Source of the DNA: an uncultured virus (IMG/VR IMGVR_UViG_3300037455_000857)
Taxonomy: Duplodnaviria; Heunggongvirae; Uroviricota; Caudoviricetes
DNA: 64,000 bases
Virus record (IMG/VR): IMGVR_UViG_3300037455_000857
Direction: 5' to 3' (one strand)
Numbering within the stretch: the first letter of the stretch is position 1; each line of letters starts with the position of its first letter. A program made the translations under genes and the position numbers. Of this stretch, positions 40,219 through 49,725 are shown in pieces. The notes beneath the pieces are model-generated. The model was not told where the DNA came from. It saw only the letters and a list, made by a program, of their open reading frames with translations, and made no database searches.

Positions 40219-40617
40219 ATGGAAAAGAAAAAGTACACAGTCAAACTTCTCGGTTTGACAGCAGGACAAGTAAACAAGAATGGCAGAATCTACACGAGAG
40301 AGGTGTTGGACAAAGCCATAGCGGAGTACAATGCCAACCCGAACAGAAGATTCGGTTATTTCGGTTCAAGGGACGACTTCTATCAGCCGCTCGGCGAAAT
40401 CAGCCACGAAACATCGAATTTGAGAATTGACGAGAACGGCAATGTGTTGGCTGACATCGTTCCGCTCGGAACGCCAAACGGCAAGATTCTCGAAACTGTG
40501 TTGGAATGCGCATTTGAAGCCGCGAGATTCACCATAATCGGAGCAGCCGACTTGGAGATTAACGAACCCGTTTCAAAGGTGACGAACTTGGACATTTTCT
40601 CGATAAATGCGATTTAG
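40219..40617 (+). CDS. T4 gp21-like prohead protease paralogue, apparently catalytically dead
   Basis: NKNGRIYTREVLDKAIAEY, ISH and TPNGKIL match the family; the GELxHP and GVSSRG motifs are replaced. Confidence 0.7.
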   Translation: MEKKKYTVKLLGLTAGQVNKNGRIYTREVLDKAIAEYNANPNRRFGYFGSRDDFYQPLGEISHETSNLRIDENGNVLADIVPLGTPNGKILETVLECAFEAARFTIIGAADLEINEPVSKVTNLDIFSINAI

Positions 40618-40618
40618 T

Positions 40619-40915
40619 ATGAAAGAGCCGAAGACAGTCAAGAAGATTATCAAGAAGTACGAGAAAGGTATGAAGGGTATGCAGGCGTATATGCAGCGCG
40701 ATACCCCGATACACATTCTCGAAATCGTGCATACCGAGTGCGTGTTCGCCGTTTATAAATGGTGGAATCCCTATAAGCGTATGTGGGTATACGAAGGCAG
40801 AAAACTCACGGAGTTGCTGTTTTGGAATTCACTCATCAGCGGGATGACACCGAATGAACGCGCAAGGCTGTTTGAACTTAACGGATTCGATTACGAACAA
40901 GTGAAAGGATATTAA
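40619..40915 (+). CDS. Hypothetical protein
   Basis: Tightly packed ORF (MKEPKTV...). Confidence 0.65.
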   Translation: MKEPKTVKKIIKKYEKGMKGMQAYMQRDTPIHILEIVHTECVFAVYKWWNPYKRMWVYEGRKLTELLFWNSLISGMTPNERARLFELNGFDYEQVKGY

Positions 40916-40921
40916 ATCATT

Positions 40922-41278
40922 ATGAGCAGGTCATACAAAAAGTACGTTAAATTGGGAACTTGCGGCGGTTTCGGAAGCGACAATTCCTATTTCTACAGAC
41001 TGCGCAGACGGAAGATTTCCAAACAGAACCGACAGATTCTGCGAAATGCTGTCGCCCATTTTGACAGCAAGGATGTTGACGAACACATTTACGACTACAG
41101 ACTGCCGAAACGTGACGATTGGAGAGAGCCGACTGACGGCACTCGCCTTTATGACAAAAAGGATGTCGAGCGGGTTTTGTCCGACAAATCGCCATATTTG
41201 AGCGATGCATACAAGGATTGGTTCAGAAAAAAGTTGTTACCGAAACTAAAAAGAAAACCAAAAAGGAGAAATAAATGA
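40922..41278 (+). CDS. Basic hypothetical protein
   Basis: MSRSYKK start; Arg/Lys rich. Confidence 0.7.
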   Translation: MSRSYKKYVKLGTCGGFGSDNSYFYRLRRRKISKQNRQILRNAVAHFDSKDVDEHIYDYRLPKRDDWREPTDGTRLYDKKDVERVLSDKSPYLSDAYKDWFRKKLLPKLKRKPKRRNK

Positions 41279-41523
41279 TTGCAATGTATGTGGTGCTGTA
41301 TCTCGACATTCTCGTTTTCGCGATGTGCATATTCATATACAAGACCGTTATGCGTGACATCAACGAGAAGTATGCGAGGAAAGAGGCACGGAAAGTTAGG
41401 TTGTCGGCACTTCACGAATTGTTGACTGTGTTTGTGCCGTATATCATCCATAAGAAAGTTCACAGTTTGAAGTGGAAGTTGAGAAGAAAAATAAAGAAAA
41501 ATGATAGTAATAGCGAAGTATAG
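41275..41523 (+). CDS. Small membrane protein
   Basis: ATGA overlap; hydrophobic N-terminus. Confidence 0.6.
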   Translation: MIAMYVVLYLDILVFAMCIFIYKTVMRDINEKYARKEARKVRLSALHELLTVFVPYIIHKKVHSLKWKLRRKIKKNDSNSEV

Positions 41524-42229
41524 ACACGGTTCAGCCGATAGCACGGACAAGGACTTCGTGTATGTTGTTGATGAGATTCCATCGTTGCAGGAAGCAAAGG
41601 AATTTTGCAGTGCAGACAAAGACGAAAACCGAAACCTCATAACGGTCAACAAAGGTATTGTTACGGGGTGTTACAAGGGCAGCGTTGATGAAATCAACAA
41701 CGCCCTGCTTGAAACATACCATTATCACGAGCAGACACACGAACTCCTTGTCAAGCATATGTTGTGCAGGGACGTTATGCAGAAAATCATACGGGCAGTA
41801 CGCATAATCCTATCCCATCTGTCTCGGTCGCAGTACCGAGTTGAAATCAAATCCGCGCTTCGTGGCGATTGGAACAAGCGTATGGAAGTGATTTGCAAGA
41901 TTTCCCTCTATGACATCGACTTCGACACCATCAACAAGAATATGAGTGCAGCCGACATCAAGAAGGTGATAGCATTCCAAATCGGGCAGACACTCGCCTT
42001 GCTTGACGGCATTGAGGTTTACACGAAAAGCGGAATCATTGAGTTCTATCCGAAACTGAAACCGTATCTCCAACGCTATTCCGACAGCAACGATGACTTA
42101 CAAGAAATGCTGCACGAGTTTCACCGCAGGATTAGCCAGCATCCTTCCATTATAGGTTATGTTGGTTCGCCGCAGGTTTCATACGGGCTTGATTTGTATG
42201 ACTTGATAAACGAGGTTAAAATTTCTTAA
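41501..42229 (+). CDS. Pol-beta-superfamily nucleotidyltransferase-like protein
   Basis: HGS-x4-DKDFVYVV motif at the N-terminus. Confidence 0.6.
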   Translation: MIVIAKYRHGSADSTDKDFVYVVDEIPSLQEAKEFCSADKDENRNLITVNKGIVTGCYKGSVDEINNALLETYHYHEQTHELLVKHMLCRDVMQKIIRAVRIILSHLSRSQYRVEIKSALRGDWNKRMEVICKISLYDIDFDTINKNMSAADIKKVIAFQIGQTLALLDGIEVYTKSGIIEFYPKLKPYLQRYSDSNDDLQEMLHEFHRRISQHPSIIGYVGSPQVSYGLDLYDLINEVKIS

Positions 42230-42239
42230 AACAGACGAT

Positions 42240-42737
42240 ATGCAAGACACCAATACAATGAAGAATGTTCTTGTTTTTGACGTGAACAAGTACCACGCGC
42301 ACGGCTTGCAAGTGTATGAAAAGACATTGGACATATATAGCGGCGGCGTTTGGATTTATGTGAAAAACAGAGAAACGGTTTCGGTTTCGCCAACGGGGGA
42401 GATTCCTATGAGCAGCCTCGGTCTCGAATGGAACGATATTGAGCAGCCATATGTCCCGACATTGATGGAGCGTATAAAAAGTCTGTTCACGGGAAAACTG
42501 CCGACTATGATGTTCGTCAGACCGAAACCCGACAGCATTGTCATAGTCGAGTTCGACAACAACGGCAGGACGTTTTTTGAAGTGGCGGGATTCGACTACA
42601 CGAATGATGGTCATCCGAGGTGGAGTACATCCATTGACATTCGTAATCTGCGTATGTTGAGATGGGCGTACATCCCGCAGCATATTGTGGATTTCGCCAA
42701 AAACTCTGTTAGGGCAAAAGCGGAAAATGAGCAATAG
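42240..42737 (+). CDS. Hypothetical protein
   Basis: 165 aa in operon. Confidence 0.7.
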   Translation: MQDTNTMKNVLVFDVNKYHAHGLQVYEKTLDIYSGGVWIYVKNRETVSVSPTGEIPMSSLGLEWNDIEQPYVPTLMERIKSLFTGKLPTMMFVRPKPDSIVIVEFDNNGRTFFEVAGFDYTNDGHPRWSTSIDIRNLRMLRWAYIPQHIVDFAKNSVRAKAENEQ

Positions 42738-42972
42738 TATGGAAAACGTGAAAGATAATTGGAACATCCTGCGTGAGCGTATCAAAGCGCAGTTGGAAGA
42801 TTGCCGCAGGCACAGTGGTTGCAGCGGCAGTTGGGGTGTTGTGGCACGGGTATACAACGAGGTTCTGAAAGAGATGGATAGGATAGAGAGCGGAACGCAG
42901 TCGGATTATGTTCCGTACAACGGCTTGTGGAAAACAAAAAACGAGATTTCGGATATGAATAAATGTTCTTGA
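42727..42972 (+). CDS. Hypothetical protein
   Basis: MSNSMENVKDNW...; in operon. Confidence 0.55.
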   Translation: MSNSMENVKDNWNILRERIKAQLEDCRRHSGCSGSWGVVARVYNEVLKEMDRIESGTQSDYVPYNGLWKTKNEISDMNKCS

Positions 42973-43012
42973 AAAAGGAATTTTTATTATATTATATAGT
43001 AAACTGATTGAT

Positions 43013-43534
43013 ATGAGCAATAATGATAATCTTAAAGAGAAGCAGGAGCGTTGGAAAGTGATGCGTGACGATTGGGAAAGACGCGCCAAGACAGAGATAC
43101 ACAGTGTTGACGACCTTGCCAAGTTTGCCAATGAATTGGTAGAACACGCCAAATCCCTCAAAGACGGCGAGGATTTCTACAACGACACTTCGAGCATCGC
43201 GTCCTCTTTGTCGCTTGCCGCAACGAGTATGTGTTCGTATCTTTTCGGAATGACCTTGTTCCAAATGGGATATGTGTTATGGGTTATCATTGACAAGATG
43301 TTTCTTGATGAACACGATGTTGGTATGCGCTTGGTGAATTTCAACAATATGCTGTATCCGCAGTACGAATACAGATTTGAAAAGACCATTGACAGTGAGA
43401 CGTGGAATTCCATTCAGAAAAAGGCTGCTGAACTTATAGAGAATGGCGATATTGTCGGCGGGGTAAGGAAGCACCTTCAATCAATCGTTGACGGCAAAGT
43501 GCCGTTTGGTTATAAAGTCGAAGACAACAGATAG
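43013..43534 (+). CDS. Hypothetical phage protein
   Basis: 173 aa; TTTTTATTATATTA motif upstream. Confidence 0.75.
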   Translation: MSNNDNLKEKQERWKVMRDDWERRAKTEIHSVDDLAKFANELVEHAKSLKDGEDFYNDTSSIASSLSLAATSMCSYLFGMTLFQMGYVLWVIIDKMFLDEHDVGMRLVNFNNMLYPQYEYRFEKTIDSETWNSIQKKAAELIENGDIVGGVRKHLQSIVDGKVPFGYKVEDNR

Positions 43535-43535
43535 T

Positions 43536-43889
43536 ATGGAGCGCAGCGAAATCATAGAGAAACTCAAAGCACTTGCATCGCCTACACCTTCCAATTGGCG
43601 CGAGAAGGCTGAATGGCGTGTGAAAAATCGCGAATGGTTGCGTGTTTCTGGCGCGATTTCACTCCACATCCTCATCAAAAAAGACGGTAACGGCGCACGA
43701 CCTTATATTATGGAAACGCTTGGTTGCGATGAGGAAACCGCCCACCACATATTAAAGGGCGATGCCGACCTTCGGTTGAGCGAAATTATAAAGTTGATTG
43801 GGTTTGACGGTTTATGCGAAACATTGAACGGACTTAAAAAATACAAAGAAGATGCCACCAAAAGGATACAATCCGCTGAAGCAGAGTAA
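43536..43889 (+). CDS. XRE/HTH protein, antitoxin-like
   Basis: SNWREKAEWRVKNREWLRVS ... ETLGC..HHILKGDADLRLSEI. Confidence 0.6.
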   Translation: MERSEIIEKLKALASPTPSNWREKAEWRVKNREWLRVSGAISLHILIKKDGNGARPYIMETLGCDEETAHHILKGDADLRLSEIIKLIGFDGLCETLNGLKKYKEDATKRIQSAEAE

Positions 43890-44319
43890 TTGGATGGTCA
43901 CAATCAATCTGCCGCAATTCGCGCAAAAAGAGCCATACGACCCGCAAGGGGAGATGGTTGCCATTACTCTTGACGATATGTTCGAGTTCTTGGCGCAGAC
44001 ACCCGTGGATTCTTGGGCATTTGTGTGCTTTTGCAGGGTTATCGTAAAAAACCCGAATTTCAACCCGCCAGCCGCCACAAACGGCAAACTGAACATAAAG
44101 CCGATAACAACCGCACGACTGTCGAATATGAGCAGGGAAACGTTGGAGGACGTGAAGCGCGAATCGCTTTTGAAAAACTCGGTATATATCGTAACGGAGG
44201 GTATTCCGTTGGATGTCAACAGAGAGAAGGGTAATTTTTATAACAAAAAGAACATAGATTTGATGCGCCGAATATTTGAGCAATACAACGGCGAGGTGTA
44301 CGGAATGAAAATGGTTTAG
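43852..44319 (+). CDS. Hypothetical protein with internal KLNIKP motif
   Basis: NG-KLNIKPITTARL mid-protein; paralogue of the next ORF; start uncertain. Confidence 0.7.
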   Translation: MPPKGYNPLKQSNWMVTINLPQFAQKEPYDPQGEMVAITLDDMFEFLAQTPVDSWAFVCFCRVIVKNPNFNPPAATNGKLNIKPITTARLSNMSRETLEDVKRESLLKNSVYIVTEGIPLDVNREKGNFYNKKNIDLMRRIFEQYNGEVYGMKMV

Positions 44320-44321
44320 TT

Positions 44322-44765
44322 ATGGGCGATGTGAGAGAACAATGGATAATGGACTATTTGCGCATCCATAGCAAACCGAATGACAAATATATGCACAAAT
44401 TATCGGTGAAGACCATAACGTTGGACGAGGCGTTTGAAGTGCTGAAAGAAAAAAGGGTAAGCGATGTGGGGCCGCTTGCGGCGATTTTCGTCATAGTCAA
44501 CAATCCGAACTATGTTGAGCCGATACAACACAGCGGCAAACTGAACATAAAGCCCATAACAAAAGAGCGGCTTTCGTCAATGAACAAGGAATGGATTGAC
44601 AAGATGAAGAACAAGTCGATGGATGCAGCACCGTTTATTTTAAGCCCAGAGGGGGTGGTGTCGGCGGATAGGGATACGGACACATACAACACCGAACATA
44701 ATTACAGAATACTCGAAAACATTTTCAAAAAATACAACAATTTAGTATATGGAATATCAGTCTGA
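44322..44765 (+). CDS. Hypothetical protein with internal KLNIKP motif
   Basis: SG-KLNIKPITKERL mid-protein. Confidence 0.75.
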   Translation: MGDVREQWIMDYLRIHSKPNDKYMHKLSVKTITLDEAFEVLKEKRVSDVGPLAAIFVIVNNPNYVEPIQHSGKLNIKPITKERLSSMNKEWIDKMKNKSMDAAPFILSPEGVVSADRDTDTYNTEHNYRILENIFKKYNNLVYGISV

Positions 44766-45129
44766 AGCGGAAAACGCAGTATATGAAAAAATCAATTCGG
44801 AAGAATTGATGAAAAGGATATTGGAAGTCAGCAAATACATCGCTGAAAAAACCAAGAACAATGTATCCCGTTCAAATGTGGAAAACCCGTTGTTCGGGAT
44901 TCCTTACGAGGAAGTGGTTTCTTGGGACAAAAGCGACACTGTTCTTTTTTGGAATATGTGTGTGCAGGCTTCCGCAGGAAACGGTTACATCGTTGTCGGA
45001 AGCAACGGGGCGGATTTGTACAACAAGTGCGTTGACTATGTTAGGGAACACGGTTGGTGCAAGTTTGAGGACAGTTACTATTATTATATGATTAAGCCGA
45101 TTGCGGACGCACTCATAGACGAATTATAA
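44749..45129 (+). CDS. Hypothetical protein
   Basis: 126 aa in operon. Confidence 0.65.
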   Translation: MEYQSEAENAVYEKINSEELMKRILEVSKYIAEKTKNNVSRSNVENPLFGIPYEEVVSWDKSDTVLFWNMCVQASAGNGYIVVGSNGADLYNKCVDYVREHGWCKFEDSYYYYMIKPIADALIDEL

Positions 45130-45136
45130 TTGCGTT

Positions 45137-45814
45137 ATGAAATACCCAAGAACATATCATTTGCCTTTCTCCGAAGGCGCGACCTCGGATGACAAGCGGC
45201 TTGGCTCGGATTGGTTCGCCAATTACAAGGGCAGGGAAGTCGTGCTGACCGAGAAACTTGACGGCGAGAACTCGTGTATGAGCCAATATGGTGTTTTTGC
45301 ACGCTCGCACACCGCGCCGACACGCACGCCTTGGTCAAAGAATCTGTGGGATTACAACGGACTTTACAACAAGGTCAAGGGTGTCATAGGCGCGGACGAG
45401 GAAGTTTTCGGCGAAAACCTTTTCGGTGTGCATTCAATCGAGTACAGCAGACTGAAACACTATTTCCACGTGTTCGCCGTGCGCGGTCTGTCAAACGAGA
45501 TGTTCCATTTTCCCGTTTGGTATTCTTGGGATGATGTCGAAACAGTCGCCGAAATGATGGGCGTTCCCACCGTTCCCGTTCTGTGGCGTGGAATCTTCAG
45601 CAGCGAGGATGAAGTTGAGGGCAAGATAAGGGAACTTATGAAAGAGCCGTCCGCTTATGGTGACACGAAAGAAGGTGTCGTTATGAGGATAGCGGATGAG
45701 TTCTACACGGAGGATTTCCCGAAATATGTGTGCAAGTATGTCCGAGCCAACCACGTTCAGACAGACGAGCATTGGACTAAAAATTGGAGAAAGGCTGAAC
45801 TATGCAGGCAATAA
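45137..45814 (+). CDS. RNA ligase family protein
   Basis: KYPRTYHLPFS, TEKLDGEN, EGVVMR and KYVRANHVQTDEHW motifs. Confidence 0.88.
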   Translation: MKYPRTYHLPFSEGATSDDKRLGSDWFANYKGREVVLTEKLDGENSCMSQYGVFARSHTAPTRTPWSKNLWDYNGLYNKVKGVIGADEEVFGENLFGVHSIEYSRLKHYFHVFAVRGLSNEMFHFPVWYSWDDVETVAEMMGVPTVPVLWRGIFSSEDEVEGKIRELMKEPSAYGDTKEGVVMRIADEFYTEDFPKYVCKYVRANHVQTDEHWTKNWRKAELCRQ

Positions 45815-46632
45815 AGGACATAGACATACACAATGTTGACTGTTTTGAGTATATGCGCGGAATCGAATCGAATTCCATTCCGCTTATAGTCACAGACCCG
45901 CCATACGGAATAAACTTCAGCGGGCAGACTTCGGATACGAGTTGGGACAACATATCCGACTACGGTAATTTTCTTGTTAAGTTTCTGACCGAAGCGAAGC
46001 GCATACTCACCGACAACGGGACTTTGTGGATGTGCTGCGCGAGAACTATGATTCCGACAGTATTCTTTGCGATAGGAAAAGTCGGGTTGAGATGCGACTT
46101 GGAGAATTGGCTCACCTATGCCCGTCAAAAGGGCAGGGGCAGTTCGCTCAAACTGAAATCGCAAGCGGAGGAAATCCTCCACATAACGAAGTCCGACAAA
46201 TGGGTGTTCAACAAGGTCGAGTATTTGCGAGAGGTTGTCGCCCCATACGTCAAGGACGGCAAGCCACGCGGTTGGTTTTTAGACCAAAACACGGGTATGC
46301 GTGTCCGTTGGAGCGGCGTTGGCAATGTCCTTGCATTCACATCCCCTACATACAACTCCAAATTCGAAAAGCAGATACATTCCACGCAGAAGCCCGTTCT
46401 GCTTAATGTGGAACTCGTTGTGCTTTCATCGAACCGAGGGGACGTTGTGCTTGACCCGTTTATGGGCAGCGGCAGTTGCGCGGTAGCCTGCGCATTGACG
46501 GGCAGGAAATTCATCGGTTGCGAAAAGGATTCCGATATGTTCGGAAAAGCGGAGAATTGGATTAGGCACATAAATTACAGCGAGGCGGAACAATATGTCG
46601 CTTCGAGAATCAAATCAAAAAGTCTGTTCTGA
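45802..46632 (+). CDS. N6-adenine/N4-cytosine DNA methyltransferase (beta class)
   Basis: TDPPY, HSTQKP and LDPFMGSGS motifs. Confidence 0.92.
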   Translation: MQAIKDIDIHNVDCFEYMRGIESNSIPLIVTDPPYGINFSGQTSDTSWDNISDYGNFLVKFLTEAKRILTDNGTLWMCCARTMIPTVFFAIGKVGLRCDLENWLTYARQKGRGSSLKLKSQAEEILHITKSDKWVFNKVEYLREVVAPYVKDGKPRGWFLDQNTGMRVRWSGVGNVLAFTSPTYNSKFEKQIHSTQKPVLLNVELVVLSSNRGDVVLDPFMGSGSCAVACALTGRKFIGCEKDSDMFGKAENWIRHINYSEAEQYVASRIKSKSLF

Positions 46633-47225
46633 TGGGTGCGTATAGATTTTCGGGGGAATATGTGTTCCAAGTTATGTTTGACCGTAGTAAGATAGAGATA
46701 CCTTGCACGGAATTCCGTCTGAATGATGTCAAATCGACATTCGACAACCCCATATCAATAAGTATGTACGGTACTTACATAGAGGAATATTTTGACTTTT
46801 GGCGGAGAATGATTATGAGTTACCAATTGTCTCGCATAAAGGTTAACGTATATGAATGCGATGTACTTATGTGCGTTTTTGATTATATCGCCATTTCTGG
46901 GCTGTTCGGGTCAAGGGTCGATTTCAGCGCGAAGATGTGCCAACCTAACATACTTCCGAGCAGCCGCATTTTGGCGGAAAACATAAACGACAATTCATCC
47001 AAGTTGGATATTATGAAAATGTCGGAGATGGCTGTTATGGAAGAACACTTGAAAGACAGCATTATGGCTATGCAGAATGCCGACCATATAGTCAGCATAA
47101 AGGAGGATACACTCAACAATTTCATAAAGCAGTTTCCCGTTGCCGTAAACTACACGCCGAATTTCTCGCCGATTGTTCCTCCAACAGAAAACGATAAAAT
47201 TTTTATGTTAAAACCTACTATATGA
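46632..47225 (+). CDS. Hypothetical protein
   Basis: 197 aa; TGATG coupling. Confidence 0.65.
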   Translation: MGAYRFSGEYVFQVMFDRSKIEIPCTEFRLNDVKSTFDNPISISMYGTYIEEYFDFWRRMIMSYQLSRIKVNVYECDVLMCVFDYIAISGLFGSRVDFSAKMCQPNILPSSRILAENINDNSSKLDIMKMSEMAVMEEHLKDSIMAMQNADHIVSIKEDTLNNFIKQFPVAVNYTPNFSPIVPPTENDKIFMLKPTI

Positions 47226-47746
47226 GCAATTTATACACAGATGCCATTATGGGCATTTCATTGGATTGGGATATTGTGAAATATCTGCCGAGACGTTTGT
47301 GGGAACTTGTCAATTACCAATACCGAGCCGTGCGTTGGGTGGTGGAAACATTTTCCGATGCGGACAAGCAGGCTTTGTACGCCATATTGAGCGGATATCA
47401 ACTCGCAAAGGCGGAGTACGAGAACTTCGAGGTGCGCTGCGATGAGGAAATAGCGTTTGACGAATCACTTGAAAGGTATCTCAAAAAAATGAGGAAGAAA
47501 AAAGAGGACAGCGGCGGGATATACATCAATGTTGACGAGATAACCGATTGCATAAACTTCAACATTCTTCACAGAATGGCGTTGAACGAACCGAAATGTA
47601 TGAAAGTCTTGTGCAAAAGCGGAACGTTTGATAGACGATGCACGCTGACGGACGATGAAATGAAATGGAAAAGCGAGGGCATAAAGGAGCAGAAACTTCG
47701 CGATGTTATGAACACACTAAAACAGAAATTGGGATATGAAAACTGA
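47222..47746 (+). CDS. Hypothetical protein
   Basis: 174 aa; ATGA overlap. Confidence 0.7.
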   Translation: MSNLYTDAIMGISLDWDIVKYLPRRLWELVNYQYRAVRWVVETFSDADKQALYAILSGYQLAKAEYENFEVRCDEEIAFDESLERYLKKMRKKKEDSGGIYINVDEITDCINFNILHRMALNEPKCMKVLCKSGTFDRRCTLTDDEMKWKSEGIKEQKLRDVMNTLKQKLGYEN

Positions 47747-48191
47747 AAAGATATTGGGTGACTATGTGTTCACCATAGAGCGTGAAAACGGGAAAGGCGT
47801 TGATGTTCCGATTACGGAATTCGACTATGTTCCATCGGAGGCGTTCAACGTGGACATTCGTATTTACGGAGAAAACATTAGCAATTATTTCTCCAATCTG
47901 ATGCCGTTCAGCGCACAACAAAACAGATTGCTCAACAAGGCGGAACTGTTATTCAATTGCAGGATAACCGACAGTGACGATAACCACGTAGCCACGCTGC
48001 ACAGCGCGTACATATCGTCATACAACCATATTCCGAATACTGATATGGAGACAATATCCCTGCGTGCCGACTATTTTGAGGTCGGTCACGTTGTCAGTGC
48101 TTCTACAAAATTCGCGGAAATGAGTGCTGAACTGAACAAGGAAGCGGAAGAAACCGCAAGGAAATACGCCGATATGAATGACGGTTGGTAA
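47736..48191 (+). CDS. Hypothetical protein
   Basis: 151 aa; last gene before the convergent array. Confidence 0.7.
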   Translation: MKTEKILGDYVFTIERENGKGVDVPITEFDYVPSEAFNVDIRIYGENISNYFSNLMPFSAQQNRLLNKAELLFNCRITDSDDNHVATLHSAYISSYNHIPNTDMETISLRADYFEVGHVVSASTKFAEMSAELNKEAEETARKYADMNDGW

Positions 48192-48194
48192 TTA

Positions 48195-48641
48195 TCATCC
48201 CCTTTCCCAAACCACGTAAGAACCTTTTATCGGCGGATTATTGAAATATTCGATGTCAAGCGGCTGAACTGTGTCGTTTCGCCTGCGCACTTCGATGATT
48301 TGTGTTTCAGTTGTTTCCAATTTGCTGTCGTAAAACGATAACCCGTACCAAGAGAATCGACCTTTTTTCAAGAATTCGTCAATTATTATAGAGCCTTGGG
48401 TTTTGTTTTTTGTTTTTGCGTGGGTATAACCAAACAAGTTCGTCATTATGTTGTATTTGAATTTTGACATATCTTCGAATGATACATAAACGCCGATTCG
48501 TTTTGGGTTTGACGGGGTTTTGATTACAACAATGTCACCCGTTTGCAGATTGTCGCGCATAGCATTTGGCGTGCTGTATTGCGCTTTCGTATTGCGAAGC
48601 CGCTCCATTGTGATTGGCTGTATGTTCAGTTTGCTTCCCAT
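48195..48641 (-). CDS. Tagged protein, TGDIV domain, leaderless
   Basis: MGS-KLNIQPITMERL; LQTGDIV. Confidence 0.8.
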   Translation of the reverse strand: MGSKLNIQPITMERLRNTKAQYSTPNAMRDNLQTGDIVVIKTPSNPKRIGVYVSFEDMSKFKYNIMTNLFGYTHAKTKNKTQGSIIIDEFLKKGRFSWYGLSFYDSKLETTETQIIEVRRRNDTVQPLDIEYFNNPPIKGSYVVWERG

Positions 48642-48644
48642 ATA

Positions 48645-49121
48645 TTATATGCTGTTGAAAAAGAAATATGTTATGTCTTCGTCCGTGACGTTAAACCAAG
48701 TTTTCATACGTTCCACATAGGGTCTTATGAAGCAATCGTAGTTCGGGTTTTTCAGATAGACTTCTATCGCGCAATACAAATACACCACAAGGTTTTCCTT
48801 TTTTAGTTTGCCGTGTTTTGAGCGTTTCTCGTGCATCATTTTGCGGTTTTCAAATGGGTATATGTGTTCGGCATAGCGTTCCATTTGCTCCAACTTGCAC
48901 TTTTCGTCAATGAATTTTTTACCATCGATTCTGCTTTCAAGTAACCCTGCCTTCCTCAAACGAGCCACTGCGTTGGCGTAAAACACAAGATTCATAGTGC
49001 GCCATTTGTCGAATAATTCGTGGCTCTTTGCTATGTCGCGCACAGCCGAATCCAAGCGTTCCTTTGAAACGGGCTGTATGTTCAGTTTCTCGTTGAACTG
49101 TTCTGCGTTGAGTATTTCCAT
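48645..49121 (-). CDS. Tagged protein, unique helical domain
   Basis: MEILNAEQFNE-KLNIQPVSKERL. Confidence 0.8.
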   Translation of the reverse strand: MEILNAEQFNEKLNIQPVSKERLDSAVRDIAKSHELFDKWRTMNLVFYANAVARLRKAGLLESRIDGKKFIDEKCKLEQMERYAEHIYPFENRKMMHEKRSKHGKLKKENLVVYLYCAIEVYLKNPNYDCFIRPYVERMKTWFNVTDEDITYFFFNSI

Positions 49122-49127
49122 AGCCGT

Positions 49128-49709
49128 TTAATCTTTTACCAATCTGACACACATAGCATATTCCGTGAACATTCCGTCCATTTCTCTAAACTTGAAGAAA
49201 TCGCTGTCGTTTGATATACAAAGTTGGTATGGGAATCTACCGCGTTCATTCACCCAAAAAGCGAATGCCGTGTCGTCCCAAATTATTGTGTTGTTGGACG
49301 TGCTGTCTATGATTCCGCAATATTTGGCATTAAATCCGAATTTGTCGCTGCCTCCGCACTCTACAGACAAAAGGTCGGACACTTTGTCATCACAAACCAT
49401 TCGAAGATTCCTTATATCGTTGATTGTGGGCAAATGCCAACCGTTTGGAACTATTCTCTTTGCCGCATCGTATGTGTACAGCAATCCTATTTCACTTGAC
49501 TTTTTCATTCCGAAGAAATAGTCTTTGTGCAGCCTCAAATGACTTCCGTCAGCGCACATTGTCGTTGATAGGTTTGCCGCAGTCCAATACGAGTTACCTA
49601 TTTTCACGATTTTTCCGAGTTCGCTTATGGATTGCGTGTTTAGCAGTCGTTCCCTGCTTATCGGCTGTATGTCGAGTTTCTCTTTTATGAATTCTTCGTA
49701 CTTTTTCAT
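49128..49709 (-). CDS. Tagged protein, FISUMP-like domain
   Basis: MKKYEEFIKE-KLDIQPISRERL; VKIGNSYWTAANL, PNGWHLPT, VRLVKD. Confidence 0.85.
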   Translation of the reverse strand: MKKYEEFIKEKLDIQPISRERLLNTQSISELGKIVKIGNSYWTAANLSTTMCADGSHLRLHKDYFFGMKKSSEIGLLYTYDAAKRIVPNGWHLPTINDIRNLRMVCDDKVSDLLSVECGGSDKFGFNAKYCGIIDSTSNNTIIWDDTAFAFWVNERGRFPYQLCISNDSDFFKFREMDGMFTEYAMCVRLVKD

Positions 49710-49725
49710 TGTTAATATATATTGC

